Source: an uncultured Acidimicrobiales bacterium
Lineage (GTDB): Bacteria; Actinomycetota; Acidimicrobiia; Acidimicrobiales; SZUA-35
Length of the DNA stretch: 64,000 nucleotides
Direction of reading: 5' to 3'
Assembly: GCA_937922805.1 (NCBI GenBank)
Contig: CALAJV010000005.1
Coordinates: 567 to 64,566 of the forward strand
Positions 8,544 to 16,638 of this stretch are shown here, piece after piece (the first letter of the stretch is position 1; every line of letters begins with the position of its first letter). The notes under the pieces were generated by a model, which had not been told where the DNA came from, did not search any database, and was given only the letters and a program-made list of their open reading frames with translations. The translations under genes and the position numbers were made by a program.

Positions 8544-10529
8544 ATGGTCGGAACTGGTCGACAACTAACTGTGGCCCTGCTTGACGCTGTGCGATCGAAA
8601 CTCAGTCGTGAGCACAAACCCAGCGACCCCGACGTCGAATCCGAACTGCAGCGACGGCTCCAAACATCGAAAGCCCGGTCGCTCTACGGTATTATTCCGC
8701 TCGTAGTAATCGTCGTTGTTCTATTTTGGAGTCGATCGTCGCACATCGGGTTGCTCGTTTGGGCCGCGATCATTTCTACCAACAGCATTGCCTGGTTGCG
8801 CCAGGTTAAGAAGCCGATCAACGACGCATGGATGAAGTGGGGTGCCTTCTTCCACATAACCGGTGCGTTCTCGTGGGGTCTGCTTCCGATATTGGCAATG
8901 CCGAGAGACCCGACCGATCAGGTTGCCGTCGTCGCCTACCTCAGCGGAGTCATCGCCGCCAACACGAACTCATCGGCGCCAATCAAATCCATGTACTACC
9001 GGTTTCACATGACGCTGACGATCACTGCGATCGCGGGCTTCCTCATCAACAGCACAGGTGTAGGCCTGTGGACCAGTTTGTCGTTCCTGACTTTCTGCCT
9101 TTGCTATGCCGCGGCCATGGCTGAAGTAAATCACGCCACACATCGAGAGGCGGCCGAGTTTGGGGTGCACAACGGTCGACTAGCTAAGGGCTTGGCCACG
9201 AACAAAGTCCAACTGGAAAAAGCTAACAAACGGCTCGATCGCCAGGCCCGAACCGATTCCCTAACCGGTATCGCAAACCGACTTGGGTTCACTGAGGCGC
9301 TAGAAAAAGCGTTGAACGACCGAGATAACGATCCAACTAGAACCGTGGGCCTGGTCTACATCGACCTCGACGGTTTTAAGGTAGTCAACGACACCATGGG
9401 TCACCGAGTAGGAGACCTACTACTTGTAGCCGTTGCCCGCCGCCTCTCCAATATCGCCGACGAAAGCGAACTTGTGGCCAGACAAGGCGGCGACGAACTT
9501 GTTTTGCTTTGCCCTAACCTTGACGATGATCGTGGCATCGAAAATTTGAGTCAGCGACTTCGATCAGTTTTCGCCGAACCGTTTGTGATCGACAACCGGC
9601 AACTTGACGTAGCGGCTAGTTGCGGCATAGCTGTGTCGGATTCCGCCACCAACGCCGATCAGCTTCTACGACAAGCCGACATTGCGGTCTACAAATCAAA
9701 AGTTGCCGTCAATGACAAGGTGACGATTTTCGATTCCGAGATGGGCCGTCAACTCGCCCAAGACATCGAAATCGAACAGAAGCTAAACGAAGCTCTCGGA
9801 TCCAACCAGATCAAGCCGTATTTTCAGCCGATCGTCGACCTGTCGACTGGCCACATCGTCGGAGGCGAAGCGCTCGTTCGATGGGAACACCCTGATGGAA
9901 TCAAAACTGCCGCTGCGTTCCTCGACATCGCAGCCCGACAAGGTCTCATGCCGGCAATCGACCAGATGGTCGTGGCGTCCGTCTCCGACTTCTGTCTTGA
10001 CACCCAAGCTCGACTACCTACACCGATCCGACTAACCGTGAATATCACGGCAAACCAGCTACGACGGGTTCTTGACACCTTCACCAAGACCTCTGCTCTT
10101 GATGGCCTAACAATCGAGATCAGTCAGCAAGAGGGGTTCAACTCGATTAGTGAAGCGCAAAGTCTTGTCGAACAAGCCCATAGCTTAGGTGCTGAAGTGC
10201 TCGTGGATGATTTCGGTTTAGGTCGGTCGTCGCTAGCTATGGCTACCCAACTCAATGTTGATGGCTACAAGATCGATCGAAGTTTCGTCGCTGACATCGA
10301 AACCGAAGCTGCCGTGGCCGCCATCGCATCTGTCGTTGAGCTGGCAGCTCGGCGCGGTCAGGTTGTCATCGCTGAAGGGGTAGAAACCGCTACCCAGATG
10401 AAGCTTCTACGGGAGCTAGGGGTAGAAACAGCTCAAGGCGACTACTACTCGCCCGCGGTAGCGTTGGACCAGTTCGACCGGTGGCTCTCGAACAACCATC
10501 AATTCCCAACCAGTCAACTGACTGCCTAG
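8544..10529 (+). CDS. Membrane-bound GGDEF-EAL protein (diguanylate cyclase/phosphodiesterase)
   Basis: The N-terminal region has multiple TM helices. The GGDEF domain contains DSLTGIANR and RQGGDELVLL. The EAL domain contains GGEALVRW and a DDFG...S...L motif. Confidence 0.85.
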   Translation: MVGTGRQLTVALLDAVRSKLSREHKPSDPDVESELQRRLQTSKARSLYGIIPLVVIVVVLFWSRSSHIGLLVWAAIISTNSIAWLRQVKKPINDAWMKWGAFFHITGAFSWGLLPILAMPRDPTDQVAVVAYLSGVIAANTNSSAPIKSMYYRFHMTLTITAIAGFLINSTGVGLWTSLSFLTFCLCYAAAMAEVNHATHREAAEFGVHNGRLAKGLATNKVQLEKANKRLDRQARTDSLTGIANRLGFTEALEKALNDRDNDPTRTVGLVYIDLDGFKVVNDTMGHRVGDLLLVAVARRLSNIADESELVARQGGDELVLLCPNLDDDRGIENLSQRLRSVFAEPFVIDNRQLDVAASCGIAVSDSATNADQLLRQADIAVYKSKVAVNDKVTIFDSEMGRQLAQDIEIEQKLNEALGSNQIKPYFQPIVDLSTGHIVGGEALVRWEHPDGIKTAAAFLDIAARQGLMPAIDQMVVASVSDFCLDTQARLPTPIRLTVNITANQLRRVLDTFTKTSALDGLTIEISQQEGFNSISEAQSLVEQAHSLGAEVLVDDFGLGRSSLAMATQLNVDGYKIDRSFVADIETEAAVAAIASVVELAARRGQVVIAEGVETATQMKLLRELGVETAQGDYYSPAVALDQFDRWLSNNHQFPTSQLTA

Positions 10530-10622
10530 AACTTCTTTAGAAACTCTTCACTCGTTGTACCTCGCCGCGCCAAGTTGGTGCGAGTTAGGGGTCAAAGAGC
10601 TAGCTAACAGGAGTTTGCAGCA

Positions 10623-12647
10623 ATGGGTGGAAAACTTTGCCAAGGTCCTTCTTTTGGGCACGACGAGCGGTTGGACAAACCGGATAGTCGATGGGAGCCA
10701 GATCGGTACAACAAATCCAACACTATTCAATTCATTCAACCGCAATCGTTTCGAACCGCCCCTAACACTGCGGTAGCGAACCAAACCCAGTCGACGTGGA
10801 TGCTCCGAGGTCGCAAGCTATTCCTCGCTACAGCCGCGGTTGGACTCGGGGGCCTTGGAACTCTTGGCATGATCTCTTCGGCGTCTGCCGATGGGGGCGG
10901 CCCTTGTCTTGATGAAGGCAACGGCGACGGTTGGGGCGTCAACCCAGAAACAAACGAGGGTTGCCTGATCTCAGGTTTTACTACCGGTGAAATATGTTTA
11001 GATGACGACGGGGACGGCCGTGGCTTCAACCCTGCGCTCAACGACACCTGTGAACTCGACGGTCACCCAGATCATGAATCAGATCCAGGTGAACCACGCC
11101 AGCCGGAACCAGAGCCAGCTGAACTCGAACAACGCCAGCCGGTACCAGAGCCGGAACCCGAACCAGAACCGCAGCCAGTTGGATCGCAAGACTGTGTTGA
11201 TGAAGGTGATGGCGACCCGTGGGGAGTCAACCCAACAACCAACGACGGGTGTTGGATCGAGGGCATCGACCTTTCGACCTGTGAAGAATCTGGATCTGTA
11301 TTTGAATGTCCAGACGGGGAAACGTACCCGGCTGATCCATCGAATGAGCCTTACGAAGGAGATGCTGAAACCGATTCCAGCACGTACTACTCAGCGCACG
11401 AACTAGAGTTCGATGACGATTACTCGCCGGGTAGCGACCATGAAACTGCTGAACAGCCACTGACTAGAGACGCAATGTGCGCCGAGCATGGCGCCAGCGC
11501 TTCTTACTACAGTTCAGACGGGAGTTTCGCTGGTTGCTCAGTATGCATAGATCATGTTGCACCGATCCAGGATGGGTTCGGCCCCGACGATGACTTCGAA
11601 CACTCAGGCTTTACCGAGTGCTACAACGTTGATCCTGAAACGGGCGAACGACTTCCTTTCATGCCAATCCGACCCAACCCAGTCAACGTCGACCGTGACA
11701 CCAACGACCGTGACACCAACGACCGTGACACCAACGAGAGCGACGGCAGTTCATCAGCCACGGCATCGTCTCCGCATGTTATTTGGACGCCGGACAACGT
11801 CAAAGTTCACTACGACCGAGACAAGGTCACGATTATTGGGGGCAACGAACATACCGACGCTCCCTACATTTACTTGGCTGATGGCCACGGTGAAGGACAC
11901 GGCACGAAGCTCATCGGAGACCCAGTCCCTATCTGTGAACAAGGAATCGAAAGCGACATCGATGGCGACGGTTACGGCTCCGAAAATGGGAGAACGTGCT
12001 ATGCCGGTGTTGTAGCCGATGCCTCTTCATCGCAACCTCCCTCGTTGATTTCGCGAGGCGAGCAACTGGCCTCGGAGGGTCCAAGTACGCTCTCGCCTTG
12101 CCGTCCAGATACCTCCACCGGTGATCCCGGAATCTGTTCCGACGACGATGGGTTCTGTCGACCGTTCGGAGCAGACGTTCGATACATCAGAGATCCATGT
12201 TGGCAGTACCCCATTAGGCCAATGCCGGAAATCGTCGGCTCGAACCCTGACCGGGCGACGCCACCCGAGTTAGCTCGGTGCCGCTCAATCGAAAATACCG
12301 AGCTGACCTTCGGTCACGGCATATGTAGCGACGATGCAGGAACCTGTCGGCCTTATGGCACAGACGTCGAGTACTTCATGAGCCCGTGCTGGCAGTATCC
12401 GGTGGCCCCCATTGATCTCACCGGTATCGGCCAGCTCGACGATCGCACCCCAAGCAAGGACGACTACGCATCAGTGGTCGACCGGGTGTGTCAAGATTCA
12501 TTCGGGGGCCAGATCCGCAGCGATGACGGTGCTTGCGTGATTGACTGTGTTACCCCGCTTGGATTGAGCGCCGCGTTCGGTGAAGAAAAAACTAGGAACC
12601 ACGCAGCTGACAACCAGGGTGCGAACTGTTCTGAAATTTTCTTCTAG
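10623..12647 (+). CDS. Secreted or anchored Cys-rich protein with DGDG-W-G-V motifs, PE-repeat linker and DRDTN repeats (paralog A)
   Basis: ATG at 10623 is preceded by AGGAG. A hydrophobic segment (LFLATAAVGLGGLGTLGMISSASA) follows about 60 aa in. Motifs include CLDEGNGDGWGVNPETNEGC, CLDDDGDGRGFNPALNDTC and CVDEGDGDPWGVNPTTNDGC, plus a duplicated ICSDD.G.CRP[FY]G.DV.Y...PCWQYP. The internal ATG at 10800 is an alternative start but has no SD. Confidence 0.7.
   Translation: MGGKLCQGPSFGHDERLDKPDSRWEPDRYNKSNTIQFIQPQSFRTAPNTAVANQTQSTWMLRGRKLFLATAAVGLGGLGTLGMISSASADGGGPCLDEGNGDGWGVNPETNEGCLISGFTTGEICLDDDGDGRGFNPALNDTCELDGHPDHESDPGEPRQPEPEPAELEQRQPVPEPEPEPEPQPVGSQDCVDEGDGDPWGVNPTTNDGCWIEGIDLSTCEESGSVFECPDGETYPADPSNEPYEGDAETDSSTYYSAHELEFDDDYSPGSDHETAEQPLTRDAMCAEHGASASYYSSDGSFAGCSVCIDHVAPIQDGFGPDDDFEHSGFTECYNVDPETGERLPFMPIRPNPVNVDRDTNDRDTNDRDTNESDGSSSATASSPHVIWTPDNVKVHYDRDKVTIIGGNEHTDAPYIYLADGHGEGHGTKLIGDPVPICEQGIESDIDGDGYGSENGRTCYAGVVADASSSQPPSLISRGEQLASEGPSTLSPCRPDTSTGDPGICSDDDGFCRPFGADVRYIRDPCWQYPIRPMPEIVGSNPDRATPPELARCRSIENTELTFGHGICSDDAGTCRPYGTDVEYFMSPCWQYPVAPIDLTGIGQLDDRTPSKDDYASVVDRVCQDSFGGQIRSDDGACVIDCVTPLGLSAAFGEEKTRNHAADNQGANCSEIFF
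11691..11735 (+). repeat. Perfect 15-nt x3 in-frame tandem repeat (gaccgtgacaccaac; encodes DRDTN x3)
   Basis: Three identical consecutive 15-mers were read directly at 11691-11705, 11706-11720 and 11721-11735. Confidence 0.95.
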
Positions 12648-12806
12648 CGATTCAACGTTGACCAGAAATGGGCCCTACACAAGCGGGTCTATGCCCGTAG
12701 CGGGATGTTTTTGAACCGGGCTTTTTGGTCCCATGTCTGGACTTTGGAAATGATCCCCAAAATCCGGTCACCTCAGCGAGCGAGAGCGCTACAATTATCG
12801 AACCTT

Positions 12807-12895
12807 GGAGAGGTGACAGAGTACGGCCGATTGTGCCTCCCTGCTAAGGAGGTGTGGGTTTACGCCCACCGTGGGTTCAAATCCCACCCTCTCCG
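12807..12895 (+). tRNA. tRNA-Ser (anticodon GCU), copy 1
   Basis: The acceptor stem is GGAGAGG/CCTCTCC. The anticodon stem is CCTCC/GGAGG with loop CTGCTAA. The long variable arm is GTGGG-TTTACG-CCCAC, and the T arm is GTGGG-TTCAAAT-CCCAC. CCA is not encoded. TACAAT at 12790-12795 could be its -10. Confidence 0.93.
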
Positions 12896-12899
12896 CTGC

Positions 12900-12945
12900 G
12901 AAACCCGTTGAGACCTCATCGTTTCAGCGGGTTTCCTTAGTTTTC
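12900..12945 (+). terminator. Weak terminator-like hairpin after tRNA-Ser copy 1
   Basis: The stem pairs gaaacccg (12900-12907) with cgggtttc (12928-12935) around a 20-nt loop, followed by cttagttttcgg. It is homologous to the stronger hairpin after copy 2. Confidence 0.4.
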
Positions 12946-13108
12946 GGCCAGCGCTAAGCGGATTCGGCCCCCGCCGCCGTTCGGATCTTCGTGCTGGAGA
13001 CGCCCATCGTCGATGATCCGCCACGTCACAGGTTTCTCACTGACCCGTCCCCCAGGGTCGGCCAACCGTGCGAGTTAGGAAAGGGGTACAACACAGACAG
13101 GAGTAACG

Positions 13109-14923
13109 ATGTGTAGAGAATTCTGCCATGGTCTTACCTTGAGGCACGAACAGTGCCTAGATCAGATCGGCAGCGGTGGGACACAAACCTGCGAGAACGC
13201 ACCGAGCATTAGTTTCGGCCCAGCTTCCGCCCAAAAGTATCCCTTCCGTAGCTTAGAGATGGCGTCCGACTCACCCAAATCACGGTGGTCTTTCAACCGT
13301 CGACGATTGGCGGTAGCCAGCGCAGCGGCTGCGGGCATGGGAGGGCTGGCCGCTATCGGCGCGATCACCCCAGCGGCGGCGGAAACAGCCGGCGAGTCCT
13401 GCGTCGACGAAGGCGACGGCGACGACTGGGGAGTCAACCTAGAGACGAACGGCGGCTGCCTAATGCCTGGCGCAAATGCGGCCGAGCTTTGCCTCGACCG
13501 TGATGGGGATGGCCGAGGCTTCAACCCAGCACTCAACGAGGTTTGTGATCTACCCGGATCGGACGAAAGATCAGAAGCTCGAGACGAGGCCAACTCGGAT
13601 CCAGACTCTGACGACGACACGAGCTACGACTCGAGCTATGACACGAGCTATGACACTGGTTACGAGACTGAGACCGCCAACGAAACTGACGACCTAGGGT
13701 GGTCTCAGGAGGAGATCGTTGCTAATCCGAAACCATCCGAACCATCACCCGAGCTAGAAACCGGACCGAAAACGGTGGCTCAATTATGTGCTGCGCATGG
13801 AGGTACCGCTAACTACAGCAGCTCAACTGGTGAGTATGCCAAATGCTCGGTCTGCGCTGACCCTCTCCACCTGATCGACGAAGAACTTTCTTGGGCTGGC
13901 AACGGGCCGAATCTTGGCACCGTGGCGCAACAAGAGTATGCGATGGAGTGTTTCGACATTGATCCGGTTTCTGGCGACCGTTTGGCCTGGGGTGAAGAAG
14001 CCAACACCAACCTCGATCACGACCAAACATCACATCGTGGCGTTGAGGAGCCTCGGCCGATCCCAGATAATTCGGAGCGGCCATCGTCGGACGTTGAACG
14101 CAACGAGGAAGACCGCTCTCAACACAACAGCTCGCGCCATCCGGCAGATCTGCTACCGGTTTGGGAGCCAGCACTTCCCGATAGTTTGGCCAACCCGATC
14201 GTGGTGACAGCCCCCGACGGAACACTCGTGCACTACGACCGAAGTTTGGTCCGAGTCGAAACTCCAATGGAAGCCACCGGTCAAGGCCTGTATGTCGCAG
14301 ACCAAATGGGCGACGGGCACGGAATCGTTATTACCGGTCGCAAGACCCCAGTCTGCATTCAGGGAATAGCGAGCGATCCTGACGGTGATGGATACGGCGA
14401 GGAGCACGGAACCGTTTGCTACGCCGGCATGGTTGTGAAACGACCCACCAACCAATCTCCAGAAGGTATCCCTGGCGTAGATTACCTTGCGTTCGATGAT
14501 GAAGGTGACCCTTACTGCCTACCTCATTGGACTAAGAATCTGAACGACTGCGACATGGATCTACGGTCGCACTCTATGAACCAAGCAGACGACGACCATC
14601 TGAACTATGGCGATGAGGACCGACCTCGGATCACACCAGTCGACGGTGGGCTACTTGATTTCAACTTCCACAATGGTCAAGATTTCGGTAAACCGGTTGA
14701 GGGTGATGGCTACAACTCGCTGGCGTTCGATGCCGACGGGAACGCATTCTGTTTCCCTCACCTGACCAAAAACTTCAACGGCTGCGACCTTGAGCTGATG
14801 ATTCACAATGGCGGGCGGACCGAAGCTATCGACAGAACCGAGGATGACGTTACCGGCTTGAAACCAAGCGAGATTCCGAGCTGGAATTTCCCGGACTTCG
14901 CCAGCGCTGACGCTGGTTGGTAG
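13109..14923 (+). CDS. Secreted or anchored Cys-rich protein with DGDG-W-G-V motifs (paralog B of 10623-12647)
   Basis: ATG at 13109 is preceded by AGGAG. It contains an RR-bearing hydrophobic region (SRWSFNRRRLAVASAAAAGMGGLAAIGAITPAAA). Motifs CVDEGDGDDWGVNLETNGGC, CLDRDGDGRGFNPALNEVC and CIQGIASDPDGDGYGEEHGTVC are collinear with paralog A. The internal ATG at 13259 is an alternative start. Confidence 0.7.
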   Translation: MCREFCHGLTLRHEQCLDQIGSGGTQTCENAPSISFGPASAQKYPFRSLEMASDSPKSRWSFNRRRLAVASAAAAGMGGLAAIGAITPAAAETAGESCVDEGDGDDWGVNLETNGGCLMPGANAAELCLDRDGDGRGFNPALNEVCDLPGSDERSEARDEANSDPDSDDDTSYDSSYDTSYDTGYETETANETDDLGWSQEEIVANPKPSEPSPELETGPKTVAQLCAAHGGTANYSSSTGEYAKCSVCADPLHLIDEELSWAGNGPNLGTVAQQEYAMECFDIDPVSGDRLAWGEEANTNLDHDQTSHRGVEEPRPIPDNSERPSSDVERNEEDRSQHNSSRHPADLLPVWEPALPDSLANPIVVTAPDGTLVHYDRSLVRVETPMEATGQGLYVADQMGDGHGIVITGRKTPVCIQGIASDPDGDGYGEEHGTVCYAGMVVKRPTNQSPEGIPGVDYLAFDDEGDPYCLPHWTKNLNDCDMDLRSHSMNQADDDHLNYGDEDRPRITPVDGGLLDFNFHNGQDFGKPVEGDGYNSLAFDADGNAFCFPHLTKNFNGCDLELMIHNGGRTEAIDRTEDDVTGLKPSEIPSWNFPDFASADAGW

Positions 14924-15006
14924 ACCGTATCCAGGTGTAGCTGCCAAAGGCGATCGTTCGAAAATAGGTTGCGTTGACACTGGCCGCTACGTTGGTAGCT
15001 ACACCT

Positions 15007-15095
15007 GGAGAGGTGACAGAGTACGGCCGATTGTGCCTCCCTGCTAAGGAGGTGTGGGTTTACGCCCACCGTGGGTTCAAATCCCACCCTCTCCG
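15007..15095 (+). tRNA. tRNA-Ser (anticodon GCU), copy 2 (identical to copy 1)
   Basis: The 89-nt sequence is identical, base for base, to 12807-12895. Confidence 0.93.
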
Positions 15096-15102
15096 CTCAA
15101 TG

Positions 15103-15146
15103 GAAACCCGCTCACGCCTCTGTTGGAGCGGGTTTCTTGCGTTTTG
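15103..15146 (+). terminator. Intrinsic terminator after tRNA-Ser copy 2
   Basis: A perfect 11-bp stem (gaaacccgctc 15103-15113 with gagcgggtttc 15126-15136) has a 12-nt loop and is followed by ttgcgttttggg. Confidence 0.7.
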
Positions 15147-15281
15147 GGTTGAGATTCTCGACCGAAGCAGATCGAAGTTGAAACGCTCGATTTGGAGCCA
15201 CGCTGTGAGCCACGGCGCCACAGTCCGCCGATTATCGAGCGGCTTGACCACTCGATATCGCCGGTTGCGCATCCGGTTGGC

Positions 15282-16187
15282 TCAGTACCAGCCGAACATC
15301 GTGTTTGGCTTGTTAGCCCAGTCAGCTTGTCCGTACGCTCGCATCTCAGGGCCGAGGCAGCTCATCTGCGCTGCGTAGGTCTCAGCGCCGACATGGTGCC
15401 ATTTCCCGTGACCGGCGAAGACCCACTCCACTGCCAGATCGGCGATACGGTCCATACTGTCAGCCAAGACATCCCAGGAGAACCAGGTCTGCTTCGGTGT
15501 AACGTCGAGTTCCCCTCGACGCTGGTTCCAGAACAGCGTGTCACCGGTAAAGAGCCAGCGGCCATCAACATGGTAGACAACGTGCCCTTCGGTATGACCG
15601 GGCGTATGGATCGAAACGATCCCATCAGCCACGGATTGATCACCGGTCGTGATGTCGGTGGCGAACGGCGCTGCGTCAGCATCAGCGGCATGGATCCACA
15701 CCCGGGACCCGTAACGATCAGCCCACCGCTCGGCATCTGCGACGTCGTCCCTGTGGCTCAACAGCACGTGCGCAACCCCACCCAGTTCGTCGAGCTGATC
15801 GGCCAACGTGCGAGTGAAGCGAGGCGAATCAACCATCAGGTTCCCGTCCGAGCGAACCACAAGATAGGAGTGACCCCCGAATGAGCTTGGCACATTATGA
15901 CCAAGGGCGAACACCCGCGGGGTCAACTCGTGAGGGAACGCCCCACCCGGTGGCCGTGCGGTGTCGCGGTTACCGATCGATTTAGTCGGGCACGCAACCG
16001 AGGCCCGCCACAGCGCTGCCTCCTCTTCACCGGTCTGAGGCTGTCGGGCCAGGAACGACCGGCCCTCGCTGTCCATCTCGACCAGGCCAGGCGCCCAGTG
16101 CCGAGCAGAATCACACCGGACACAACGAGTGTCAACGAACCAACGACCCTCGACATCGTCGGGATGAGCCTGATCAATTCGTGCCAA
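15282..16187 (-). CDS. MBL-fold metallo-hydrolase with N-terminal ferredoxin-like Cys domain
   Basis: The N-terminus reads WFVDTRCVRCDSARHWAPG...ASVACPTKSI. The MBL core contains HVLLSHRDDVAD and IHTPGHTEGH. Confidence 0.7.
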   Translation of the reverse strand: MARIDQAHPDDVEGRWFVDTRCVRCDSARHWAPGLVEMDSEGRSFLARQPQTGEEEAALWRASVACPTKSIGNRDTARPPGGAFPHELTPRVFALGHNVPSSFGGHSYLVVRSDGNLMVDSPRFTRTLADQLDELGGVAHVLLSHRDDVADAERWADRYGSRVWIHAADADAAPFATDITTGDQSVADGIVSIHTPGHTEGHVVYHVDGRWLFTGDTLFWNQRRGELDVTPKQTWFSWDVLADSMDRIADLAVEWVFAGHGKWHHVGAETYAAQMSCLGPEMRAYGQADWANKPNTMFGWY

Positions 16188-16336
16188 TCCAGAGCCTCCT
16201 CTTACCGGTCAGAAACGAAGCGTAATACAAGTCCTCCACCACAACAGATCCAACCAGCTAACCATCCGATAGCACTCATGACGCCTCCCGCTGAACCACC
16301 CGATAACGGCGCTTTCCGGGTGCTCGATAACTCCGG

Positions 16337-16552
16337 CTAGATTGCCGGATCGAGTGGAGAGGCATCCATAAGCTTATGGCGGTAGACGTCGGCGATCATA
16401 CGCTCGGACGTACCTGCCCAGTCAGCGATAGCCCAAGCGGAGTGCCCAGCTTCGGCCTGCAAAGTGACCGCTGTGTGACGCAACTCGTAACCCTCTCCGC
16501 TCAGTAACTCCTCAGAGTTGCCAAAGCCCATTAACCAGGGCAGACAGTGCAA
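16337..16552 (-). pseudogene. Remnant of a tyrosine recombinase (phage-type integrase) C-terminus
   Basis: This 71-aa ORF carries the catalytic-region pattern ELRHTAVTLQAEAGHSAWAIADWAGTSERMIADVYRH (R-H...Y). Only about 50 aa of a protein that is normally about 350-400 aa remain. Confidence 0.6.
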
Positions 16553-16562
16553 GCGGACCGAG

Positions 16563-16633
16563 AATGCCCCGCCAACTAGCTGAGTATCCTCGGTCCGCCT
16601 TTTTGAGCGGCCAAATTGGCCGCAACGTTCAAC
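16563..16633. terminator. Two adjacent hairpins between the integrase remnant and the 16639-18690 gene
   Basis: The first is a perfect 10-bp stem (gcggaccgag 16563-16572 with ctcggtccgc 16599-16608) followed by ctttttg on the plus strand. The second is the palindrome gcggccaaattggccgc (16617-16633). The T-tract orientation is plus although both neighbours are on the minus strand. Confidence 0.5.
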
Positions 16634-16638
16634 GCTAG

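Noticed and set aside
10800-13261. The internal ATGs at 10800 and 13259, just before the hydrophobic segments, considered as the true starts of the two Cys-motif paralogs.
   Set aside because: Neither has a Shine-Dalgarno sequence. The upstream ATGs (10623, 13109) both follow a conserved AGGAG at conserved spacing, and the first codons keep an in-frame conserved pattern. The internal starts are kept only as alternatives.
12807-15095. The two tRNA-Ser copies considered as attL/attR ends of an integrated element.
   Set aside because: Both copies are full-length functional-looking tRNAs with their own terminators. The DNA between them encodes a paralog of the gene preceding copy 1. Tandem duplication explains this better than integration.
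15192-15884. A 230-aa plus-strand ORF overlapping the MBL-fold hydrolase gene.
   Set aside because: It is antisense to a gene with clear family motifs, and its own translation has no recognisable features.
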